NCBI GenBank assembly: GCA_036517115.1
Contig: DATDYB010000010.1
Span: forward strand, 1 to 57,701
Length of the DNA stretch: 57,701 nucleotides
Direction: 5' to 3'
Origin: Minisyncoccota bacterium
Lineage (GTDB): Bacteria; Patescibacteriota; Minisyncoccia; Phycocordibacterales; PALSA-1337
Shown: positions 1 to 6,790 of the stretch, piece by piece
How positions within the stretch are numbered: the first letter of the stretch is position 1
Layout: each line of letters opens with the position of its first letter
Translations under genes and position numbers: made by a program
Notes under the pieces: model-generated
Databases searched by the model: none
Told to the model about the DNA's origin: nothing
Seen by the model: the letters and a program-made list of their open reading frames with translations, nothing else

Positions 1-332
1 AGACTCTTTTTTACTTTCAAATATTTTTCGATCCGCTGTCGCTCATACAAATTCAAATGCACAAATTCCTTCATAAATTCATTTTACAGGTGTTCGGATT
101 CAAAGGTATATCTCCAAGTCGCCGGAACGGTCGAGGATACGGTTCCCGCGCACCAGCCTATAGAACCCTTAACGAGGTCTATAACTGGTAACAAGTTTCG
201 CTCATTTCTACTTAAAAATGAGCATTCTATTGGGTTTACAATTTATTTTGTGAATCCATTGAGTAAAAGTTCTCTACAAATAACATTATTCATAGCATCG
301 TGCCCCTTATTGTTGCCAGGCGGCAGGCTGCT

Positions 333-470
333 ATGAATAATCTACAAGACACTTCAGTCAGTGAAATTGTTCTAACAGATCCATACGAAGGAGAGGGAAT
401 CGAGGCGGTCACGGTGAACGGAGCAACTCTCATTTTATTCGAAAGAATGTTCAATTTCTCTCTCAACTGA
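333..470 (+). CDS. hypothetical small protein (45 aa)
   Basis: ATG333..TGA470, below the ORF-track cutoff, read by eye (MNNLQDTSVSEIVLTDPYEGEGIEAVTVNGATLILFERMFNFSLN). The ATG lies inside the 3' arm of a perfect 13-bp hairpin (285-297/329-341). Confidence 0.2.
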   Translation: MNNLQDTSVSEIVLTDPYEGEGIEAVTVNGATLILFERMFNFSLN

Positions 471-494
471 ATCTACAACAGGAGTTCTTTTACA

Positions 495-638
495 ATGAAA
501 CCAGAAACCCAACTCAAGGCGATGAAGTCGGTGCGCAAGCACACGATCTTCGTCGGGAAACCCCACAGTTCGCCGAAAGGTGAACGTGGATACAACCGCA
601 AACGCGAAAAACAAAACTGGAGAAAGGAGACCGTATGA
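495..638 (+). CDS. hypothetical small basic protein (47 aa)
   Basis: ATG495 is preceded by AGGAG (480-484). The stop TGA636-638 overlaps ATG635 of the next ORF (ATGA coupling). Read by eye; below the track cutoff. Confidence 0.3.
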   Translation: MKPETQLKAMKSVRKHTIFVGKPHSSPKGERGYNRKREKQNWRKETV

Positions 639-940
639 AAATCTTCATGGATATCGGAGACACGAAATATGTTCGAGAGGCGATCGAGCAGATCTTCACC
701 ACAACGGGTCAACTCGAGTTCGTGTCCAAGGTTCAGGAGGCCGACGCTATCATCGTGTCGGATCCTGAAAAAGTCGAGGTGTACTTGGAACACACTGATA
801 AGCGCGTGGCCCAGTTACTCTGGTGGAAACAAAGACCTTCGACTGCTCCGCAAGGAGATCGGTTCAAAGTTTTTGACGCCCTCGAGGCCAAAAAACTGCC
901 GGGCCTCATTGAGGCAATCAAATTCCTTAAAGGGGAATAA
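635..940 (+). CDS. hypothetical protein (101 aa)
   Basis: ORF-track entry with GGAGA upstream, translationally coupled to the preceding small ORF. No family recognised. Confidence 0.55.
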   Translation: MKIFMDIGDTKYVREAIEQIFTTTGQLEFVSKVQEADAIIVSDPEKVEVYLEHTDKRVAQLLWWKQRPSTAPQGDRFKVFDALEAKKLPGLIEAIKFLKGE

Positions 941-990
941 CGTGTGCCGTATCACACGCAGTCACAACGGTTGATCATACGGGATCAACC

Positions 991-1050
991 ACTGCTCTCC
1001 GGATGAAGTCCGGACTGACGAGTCCTTACGCAGATTCAGGACGAAAGCAG
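991..1050 (+). ncRNA. type III hammerhead ribozyme (HHR-A)
   Basis: Stem III 5' strand ACUGCU 991-996, cleavage-site C997. Stem I is UCCGGA/UCCGGA (998-1003/1009-1014, loop UGAAG). Core CUGACGA 1015-1021; stem II GUCC/GGAC (1022-1025/1039-1042); GAA 1043-1045; stem III 3' strand AGCAG 1046-1050. All invariant core positions are present. Confidence 0.8.
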
Positions 1051-1107
1051 AGTTTTGGAGGTTTCACCTCCAAAAAACTAGGTTCTTTAAAATTCAAAGT
1101 GTTCATT

Positions 1108-1168
1108 GGTTGATTGGTGCAATAAGGTCGTACGCCTTAGGCGGATTGCTTTATTGCATCAATCAACC
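1108..1168 (+). promoter_or_regulatory. long hairpin in the 5' leader of the receiver-like gene
   Basis: An 18-bp stem GGTTGATTGGTGCAATAA (1108-1125) / TTATTGCATCAATCAACC (1151-1168) with one G-U, and a structured 25-nt apex. It ends 19 nt before ATG1187. Confidence 0.5.
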
Positions 1169-1186
1169 ACAAACCAAAAAGGAAAA

Positions 1187-1816
1187 ATGAACACGAAACT
1201 AAACATCCTCGTCGTCGAAGACAAACCGGAAAACATCGCCGCAGCTAAAAAAATGCTTGCGGATCACAACCTCACCGTTGTCTCAGGGTTCGATGACGCG
1301 CTCACCGCGCTCAAACGAAACGGTTACGCGCGTAGGAAAGTGGAAGCGCCGGAGAAATTCGACGTGGTCCTCACCGACTGCCTGTATCCCAAAGGCGGCA
1401 CTGCTTGTATGGGACCCCGAGGGGAAGCAGTCGTTAACTGCCAAGGCGAAATGCCCTACGGCCCCATGGTGGTGTTTCACGCTATCGAAGCTGGAGTACC
1501 GCACATCGGGCTCATTACCCAAGGCAACCACCATGACGATCCGTTCGTCTTTGCGCTCGACAGCCTCAGAGGCTTCAAGAGTGAGAAGGTGAGTGTCGTC
1601 GTCACCAATGAGTGCGGCGAGTGTCTACACAAGGATACTCTCGAGGTTGTGGAGTACGACCACCCTAACGGCGAAAAGTTCTACGCATTGGAGAAAGAAG
1701 GAAAACTTCTTCGGGTGAAGAACTGGAAAGAGCTTCTCGACCGTACGTTGGGAACCCACGAGGTTACTGAGGACGGGAAGTGGCGCGAAGAACGCCGCGC
1801 ACAAGTCCAGATCTAA
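1187..1816 (+). CDS. receiver (CheY-like) domain protein, atypical, no output domain
   Basis: MNTKLNILVVEDKPEN...FDVVLTDCLYP resembles a REC N-terminus with acidic pocket and phospho-acceptor Asp context; the rest is divergent. ATG1187 with AAAGGA upstream was chosen over the track start 1106, which lies inside the hairpin. Confidence 0.55.
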   Translation: MNTKLNILVVEDKPENIAAAKKMLADHNLTVVSGFDDALTALKRNGYARRKVEAPEKFDVVLTDCLYPKGGTACMGPRGEAVVNCQGEMPYGPMVVFHAIEAGVPHIGLITQGNHHDDPFVFALDSLRGFKSEKVSVVVTNECGECLHKDTLEVVEYDHPNGEKFYALEKEGKLLRVKNWKELLDRTLGTHEVTEDGKWREERRAQVQI

Positions 1817-1855
1817 CTCTGGAGAGGTAGGGCGACTACCATCAATTGTCGCGAC

Positions 1856-1881
1856 CCGCAAACATTCGTTTGCGGTTTTTT
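1856..1881 (+). terminator. rho-independent terminator
   Basis: CCGCAAAC-ATTC-GTTTGCGG followed by TTTTTT. Confidence 0.8.
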
Positions 1882-1961
1882 ATTAGTAAATTCACACCTG
1901 TTAATATCTGTCTTTGTTTTTTTAGTATACTAACCTCATCGTTATTTAATTAATTTAAACC

Positions 1962-2510
1962 ATGGAAGAAAAGAAAGAGGAGAAAAAAGACGACTTTACA
2001 ATTTTTGATGATAACGGAGCACTAGTTAAGTTTCTCTCCGGCATTCTAGATAAAGGGAGTGCTCTTGTTCATCACGCCGACAGCCAAACTAACATTCTGA
2101 TGGGAATCAGTTCTGCTATTTTTATTTTCTCACTTTCAAGTTCACTGCAACGAGGTCATATGGAAATTCCTTTTCTCATCCTCATTCTTTTCAGCGCCTT
2201 TTCGTCATTAGCAGGTCTTTACGCCATTCATCCTCCACGTTTCATGCGAAAGAAGCAACAAGAGGAGAGCGTTATGTATAACAAAAAGATCTCTGATTTT
2301 ACCTCTTCCGACGACTATTTCAAGGTTCTCTGGAGCGTCATGTTAAACCGAACTGAAGTTGTCCGGCAGTACTCGATGGAAATCTATAATTTATATAAAT
2401 ATAACTACGGACCTAAACGAAAACTCTTTAAATTGGCGAGAAATCTTTTAATCGCGGGTCTGGTCTGCAGCCTTCTTTCATTTTTATTTATTACGTCCAA
2501 AACTTTTTAG
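1962..2510 (+). CDS. three-TM membrane protein, possibly DUF5706 / Pycsar-effector-like family
   Basis: Acidic N-terminus, then HHADSQTNILMGISSAIFIF and two further hydrophobic helices. The family assignment is from memory of the motif only. Confidence 0.55.
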   Translation: MEEKKEEKKDDFTIFDDNGALVKFLSGILDKGSALVHHADSQTNILMGISSAIFIFSLSSSLQRGHMEIPFLILILFSAFSSLAGLYAIHPPRFMRKKQQEESVMYNKKISDFTSSDDYFKVLWSVMLNRTEVVRQYSMEIYNLYKYNYGPKRKLFKLARNLLIAGLVCSLLSFLFITSKTF

Positions 2511-2527
2511 TTTATTTCGACAAGCGA

Positions 2528-2741
2528 GGTGAGGAAGCGGAGCTTCCGCAAGACTTTGAGCGTTCCGTCTGCGGAATGCGAGAAGTGTACCGTTCCTGTA
2601 AGGAAATCGCGGACGCTTTCCGATGCGGACATGAAATCCGAGTCGATGTCGAATCAAAAGGTGAGAAGCGAATACTTGGAGCTTCGCAAGACTCTGAGCG
2701 TTCTTTCGGAAGAATGCGAAGAGTGTACTGAACCTGTAAGG
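2528..2741 (+). repeat. tandem pair of ~80-nt structured repeat units (family 2, orientation a)
   Basis: Units 2528-2603 and 2660-2741 share GGTGAG-AAGCG..GGAGCTTC(C)GCAAGACT..hairpin..GTGTAC-N-CCTGTAAGG. They are the reverse complement of the units at 18464-18662. Confidence 0.7.
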
Positions 2742-2804
2742 TTGCATACCCCGCGACCCTGTCGCGGAATTTGGGTCCAGGGCTTGCTTTAGGGTAAATA
2801 CCTT

Positions 2805-3545
2805 TTATAGCTTTCCGTACAGTAACTTAAATATTTTCTTCTGAAAGTCAGCGAATTTTTCGTTTTCAATAACGAAACTTGTCTCAGTATTGAGGTCAAC
2901 AACCGCCACCTTGTGTCCGTAAATGAGCTGGATGATATTCTGATCGAATAAATCAAACTCTGAGGGTATAACTTTTGTCTTTTGGTTAAAATCGGGCTCG
3001 ACGTCCGCTTCTGTAGCTTTACTGCGTATCACATATCGTTCTAGATTTTTATTGTCTCTTTTTTCTCTATAATCTTTCGGTAAATATTTATTGGTTCTAG
3101 CCCGATCTTTCGATGAGGAATACCGGTAAAAAGCATCCCCTTTCTTGAGAGAGTCGACGATGTCTGAATACACCGATGAAATACCATTCCTTCCTTCGAG
3201 GAACTTTATGATGGGCTTATCTTTAGGTGCACGATAGAGATCTTCGAGGTCGGGTAGTGTTTCCTCAATATCTATACTCATTTCGCGCAATAACCCCCTA
3301 ATTTTCTCGGGATGTTCGGCAATATACTGTTTTCTCTTACCTTTTATGGTGATTGTTATAAGTTTGCGTTCTAGCAACAAGCCAAGCGCTTTGTAGACAA
3401 TTGGCCTGAACGTGCCTATATCTTTGGCTATATCGGAGATTGAAAGGGAAGTGCCTCGTTCTAAAAGATGGAGATACACTATTGTTTCAGGGTGGGTGAG
3501 CCCCAACTTCGTAAACAATTCCTTTATTTTATCAATTTTATCCAT
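2805..3545 (-). CDS. TrmB-family (winged-helix) transcriptional regulator
   Basis: The N-terminal wHTH (LGLTHPETIVYLHLLERGTSLSISDIAKDIGTFRPIVYKALGLLLERKLI) is typical of the TrmB family. Confidence 0.8.
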   Translation of the reverse strand: MDKIDKIKELFTKLGLTHPETIVYLHLLERGTSLSISDIAKDIGTFRPIVYKALGLLLERKLITITIKGKRKQYIAEHPEKIRGLLREMSIDIEETLPDLEDLYRAPKDKPIIKFLEGRNGISSVYSDIVDSLKKGDAFYRYSSSKDRARTNKYLPKDYREKRDNKNLERYVIRSKATEADVEPDFNQKTKVIPSEFDLFDQNIIQLIYGHKVAVVDLNTETSFVIENEKFADFQKKIFKLLYGKL

Positions 3546-3708
3546 ATTTGTATTAAATTAATTACACTTTTAGTTACTGAAAATACCCTTTTATAAAGCC
3601 ATAAATTTTATTAGTGCCCTTACTTACGTACATATTGTACTCCATACTATTACAATTTGTCAACTCTTCTGGTAGTCTTATGGGTAGAGGCTCTTCACAA
3701 CAAACAAT

Positions 3709-3717
3709 CCCCCCCCC
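3709..3717. repeat. C9 homopolymer tract
   Basis: Nine consecutive C residues end 16 nt upstream of ATG3734. The tract lies at the junction of two overlapping open frames (3614.. and 3657..). Confidence 0.9.
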
Positions 3718-3733
3718 AACAGAAAGGAAAAGT

Positions 3734-3916
3734 ATGCCAGATCGCGACAATAACAACGAACGCACTAGCGAATCCAGTTACCAGCAGCAACGAGATGCAT
3801 ACGATGACCGCTGGAGGTCATGGTTGCGCGGAAGCAGCACCGGTATGGACATCGACGGGCGGTGTATCAACCCCCGCGACAGCAGTTGCGATAGCAACGA
3901 ACGCGAGGAGTGCTAA
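3734..3916 (+). CDS. small charged Cys-containing protein (60 aa)
   Basis: ATG3734 has a good RBS (AAAGGAAAAGT). The RNY-like codon pattern favours this frame. The longer GTG/TTG-initiated versions in the track are not supported. Confidence 0.4.
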   Translation: MPDRDNNNERTSESSYQQQRDAYDDRWRSWLRGSSTGMDIDGRCINPRDSSCDSNEREEC

Positions 3917-3951
3917 ATGACTTACAGTTTGAGGGTCTGACCAAAACCCTC

Positions 3952-4033
3952 TCTGTCTCGAGATGTGTATCTCGACTGATGATTCCAGTCTTCGCTAAAG
4001 CTACGGCTTGGCAAGGCAAAAGGATGAAACAGA
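3952..4033 (+). ncRNA. type III hammerhead ribozyme (HHR-B) with enlarged stem II
   Basis: Stem III UCUGU 3952-3956 / ACAGA 4029-4033, cleavage-site C3957 (GUC). Stem I is UCGAGAU/AUCUCGA (3958-3964/3969-3975). Core CUGAUGA 3976-3982. Stem II is UUCC...GGAU (3983-3986/4022-4025) with a ~35-nt insert. GAA 4026-4028. Positions 10.1/11.1 form a U-U pair. Confidence 0.7.
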
Positions 4034-4112
4034 AGTTCTATGACACAACAACAAAAAGAAAGGTAATGCTATAAACATCAATTCATTAACTAACCTGTTA
4101 GAAGAAAATGGC

Positions 4113-4622
4113 GTGTCCACCAAAACATGGGGGACTGGAAAAGCGAAAACAATCCACCACCTACTCTCCGAAATTCAAGAGGGTGAAACTGTTCTGGAAG
4201 AGACGGAAAAAGGACTGGTCCGGAAAACCTCATTCCTCACCATCCATGTTTTATACAAGGATGAACGGGGAACGTTCAAACTCTTCGAGGAAAAACAAGT
4301 GTTCACGGACGGTAGAACACGAACACGAGATCAATCATGGAGCGTGGCAGAGAAGATGAAGGCCACCGACGTGAATATCCAGGCAGCCGCATTAAGAGCC
4401 CTTGAAGAAGAGTTAGGAATTATGACAGGAGTGAAATTTTTGGGTGAGATAACAACCACCGACGAACTCCGAGAATCACCATCATATCCCGGACTCACCG
4501 CGCAGTTCAAGATGTTCAACCTTACGGTGCACATCGACTATCATGAGTATCGGCCTGATGGTTACACGGAAGTACAGGAAGATAAATCAACGTACTTCAA
4601 ATGGAAGCATGTGGAACCTTAA
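4113..4622 (+). CDS. NUDIX-family hydrolase-like protein
   Basis: Partial Nudix box ...AALRALEEELGI... in a 169-aa protein. Start is GTG4113. Confidence 0.6.
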   Translation: MSTKTWGTGKAKTIHHLLSEIQEGETVLEETEKGLVRKTSFLTIHVLYKDERGTFKLFEEKQVFTDGRTRTRDQSWSVAEKMKATDVNIQAAALRALEEELGIMTGVKFLGEITTTDELRESPSYPGLTAQFKMFNLTVHIDYHEYRPDGYTEVQEDKSTYFKWKHVEP

Positions 4623-4667
4623 TCTGTTCCCATCGCTAAAAGGTTTGCTCGTTCCCTCAAAACGAGC

Positions 4668-4718
4668 TCTGTATCGAGATGCAGGTCTCGACTGATGATT
4701 CCAAAAGGATGAAACAGA
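4668..4718 (+). ncRNA. type III hammerhead ribozyme (HHR-C), minimal
   Basis: Stem III UCUGU 4668-4672 / ACAGA 4714-4718, cleavage-site A4673 (GUA). Stem I is UCGAGAU/GUCUCGA (4674-4680/4685-4691). Core CUGAUGA 4692-4698. Stem II is UUCC-AAAA-GGAU 4699-4710. GAA 4711-4713. Confidence 0.75.
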
Positions 4719-4781
4719 AATACTTTTTACACAACAAACAAACCCGACATCAAATAGATATCATCCACAACAAAGATTGCT

Positions 4782-5180
4782 ATGAAATACACTGATTACG
4801 ATCTCCGATTATGTGCAGGTGAAGAGTGGCTTCCCTCTAGTGAAGATACGCGTATGAGTTGGCGCAAGGCGATGGAGAAAACGTTACAAGATCCGAACCT
4901 ACGACTACCCCATTACTCTGATTTAATCCACGCTGAAGAAATGGCTCGGAAAAAACCGGAACTTCGTGAAAAATTTGGTGAATTGCAGAAAGGTTGGCCA
5001 TACTGGAGCGCCAACTCTGAAAATCATGATCCAAATTCAATGTATGCCTGCATTGTGACAGAGGATCATCTGCATTATAAATCACATACTCAAAAATACC
5101 TGGGGTACATGGTGAGATTCATTCGACAAACGAATCCAAAGAGCGTGGATAAATCACACAATAACGTAACAGAAGTATAA
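4782..5180 (+). CDS. DUF1566 (Lcl C-terminal)-like protein
   Basis: The pattern ...LRLPHYSDL...YWSANS...MYACIV...GYMVRFIRQ matches the remembered WRLP...YWSS...VR.VR signature. Confidence 0.5.
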   Translation: MKYTDYDLRLCAGEEWLPSSEDTRMSWRKAMEKTLQDPNLRLPHYSDLIHAEEMARKKPELREKFGELQKGWPYWSANSENHDPNSMYACIVTEDHLHYKSHTQKYLGYMVRFIRQTNPKSVDKSHNNVTEV

Positions 5181-5198
5181 GCTCAAAAATTTCAATTA

Positions 5199-5228
5199 CC
5201 TCTACAATAAATTGTAGGGGTTATTTTT
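5199..5228 (+). terminator. rho-independent terminator
   Basis: CCTCTACAAT-AA-ATTGTAGGGG followed by TTATTTTT. Confidence 0.8.
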
Positions 5229-5250
5229 AAGTCCAAAGCATTGGTGCTTT

Positions 5251-5658
5251 TTACAACAATTTCTTTTTTGCCAATTCTTCGGCGAGGAGTTGCGGCGAAA
5301 CGATCTTTACTCCATGAACGATCGTACCCCACAGTTTACCGAAATCTCTTTCATCGCCAGTGAGCAAATGGGTGGCCTGACCTGCGATCGCTCCGCCGAG
5401 GATGGGAATATCTTTCGAAGCGATCGTTATTTCAATAGTGGTGGTAAGCGATGAAACGATCTCACACTTTTTTACCAATGATTCTAAAGAGGGGACCGCT
5501 TTTGAGGCTTTCAAACGGAGGTTCCGATACGCCTCCTCTATCGCATATACATTAGTGAGACAAGTACCTTGATCCAAAAGAACACCTACGAACATCCGCA
5601 TTCTACTATGCGGCAAGGCGGCGCTAAAGAGAATGTTTGCGTCCAGAAATACCCTCAT
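5251..5658 (-). CDS. vapC: PIN-domain toxin (VapC-like)
   Basis: MRVFLDANILFSA... and ...LLTGDERDF carry the PIN acidic residues. It overlaps the upstream antitoxin ORF by 4 nt. Confidence 0.8.
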   Translation of the reverse strand: MRVFLDANILFSAALPHSRMRMFVGVLLDQGTCLTNVYAIEEAYRNLRLKASKAVPSLESLVKKCEIVSSLTTTIEITIASKDIPILGGAIAGQATHLLTGDERDFGKLWGTIVHGVKIVSPQLLAEELAKKKLL

Positions 5659-5888
5659 TTATTTTTTGGAAAATACTTTTTGAGCGAATCTTCGTTGTTT
5701 TTCTTAAATTCATTAAGTCGTTCATCTGTGTACATTTCAATAGGAAACGTGGCCCCACCTCGAAGGAGGATCCCTTCACTGGTTTCTTCCGCCAATACCT
5801 GACCTTCGCCTTGTATACCCAAGCGCTTCCTAAGCTCTTTAGGGAGGGTGAGAGTTCCTCGATCGTTTATATTTATTACTTTTGTCAT
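5655..5888 (-). CDS. vapB: AbrB/MazE/SpoVT-type antitoxin
   Basis: INDRGTLTLPKELRKRLGI is an AbrB-type swapped-hairpin motif. 77 aa, upstream of and overlapping the PIN gene. Confidence 0.8.
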   Translation of the reverse strand: MTKVININDRGTLTLPKELRKRLGIQGEGQVLAEETSEGILLRGGATFPIEMYTDERLNEFKKNNEDSLKKYFPKNK

Positions 5889-5933
5889 ATATTCAGTATT
5901 TCATACTTTCAGTAAAAATGCAACGTGCCTCCT

Positions 5934-6731
5934 CTAAATACTAATATCTATGGAAACAGGGCAATGGTCAGATCCCATCACATCTGCAAGAATTTCCGCT
6001 TTTTTTACTTTATTCTTTAGGGAGTTAGAAACTAATACATAATCTATCCTCCAGCCGACGTTCCGAGCGCGAGCATTGGACCAGTTGGACCACCAGCTGT
6101 AATGACCGTTGCCTTTGGTAAATATTCGAAAGGTATCAATGAAACCGGCATCGATAAAGGCTTGAAAGCCCAAGCGTTCTTCTTCGGTAAAACCTTTCAA
6201 ACCTTCGTTGGCATCCGGTCGAGCCAAGTCATCGGGGGTATGGGCAACGTTAAGATCGCCACAGAAAACAACGGGTTTCTTCTTTTCTAATTCCTTACAA
6301 TAGGCAAGAAAAGCAGGATCCCATTGCTTGTACCGAAGGGGAATACGGCTCAAGTCGTCCTTAGCATTGGGAGTGTAGACCGTCACTACGAAAAATTTTT
6401 CATATTCCGCTGCAATAACCCGACCTTCTGTCAGAGGATCGCCATATTTGTCCGCGCAGAGCCAAAATTTATTAACAATTTTCTCCGGTAAGCCATTTAA
6501 CACAGCCAGAGGCTTTGTCTTTGTAAAAATAGCCGTGCCGGAATAGCCTTTTTTTGTCGCTGAGTTCCAATATTCTTCGTACTGAGGCAAATCCACTTCG
6601 GACTGGTGTTGCTCGGCCTTGGTTTCCTGTAAACATAAAATATCCGGCGAATATTTCTCCACAAAAGGAAGGAAGAGGCCTTTTTTATGCACCGCGCGGA
6701 TGCCGTTTACATTCCAAGAGATGATGTTCAT
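5934..6731 (-). CDS. xth: exodeoxyribonuclease III
   Basis: MNIISWNVNGIRA..., CLQETK, ...GDLNVAH...SDHCPV are EEP/ExoIII motifs. Start moved to the internal Met at 6731. Confidence 0.92.
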   Translation of the reverse strand: MNIISWNVNGIRAVHKKGLFLPFVEKYSPDILCLQETKAEQHQSEVDLPQYEEYWNSATKKGYSGTAIFTKTKPLAVLNGLPEKIVNKFWLCADKYGDPLTEGRVIAAEYEKFFVVTVYTPNAKDDLSRIPLRYKQWDPAFLAYCKELEKKKPVVFCGDLNVAHTPDDLARPDANEGLKGFTEEERLGFQAFIDAGFIDTFRIFTKGNGHYSWWSNWSNARARNVGWRIDYVLVSNSLKNKVKKAEILADVMGSDHCPVSIDISI

Positions 6732-6790
6732 AAAAATAACTATAGCATCCAGTTTGTTTTCATAAAAATTGAGCATATAATGTAAGTATT

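Noticed and set aside
1106-1186. Track start 1106 for the receiver-like protein (27 extra residues)
   Set aside because: The extension is encoded by the 18-bp hairpin arms. ATG1187 has an RBS and begins the canonical REC beta-1 strand (ILVVEDK).
2529-2792. 87-aa ORF with two CxxC-containing repeats (..SAECEKCTVPV.. / ..SEECEECTEPV..) that could be read as a zinc-ribbon peptide
   Set aside because: It is produced by the two family-2 repeat units. The homologous units at 18464-18662 are in the opposite orientation and carry no equivalent ORF on the corresponding strand. The central parts vary in a hairpin-preserving way rather than a codon-preserving way.
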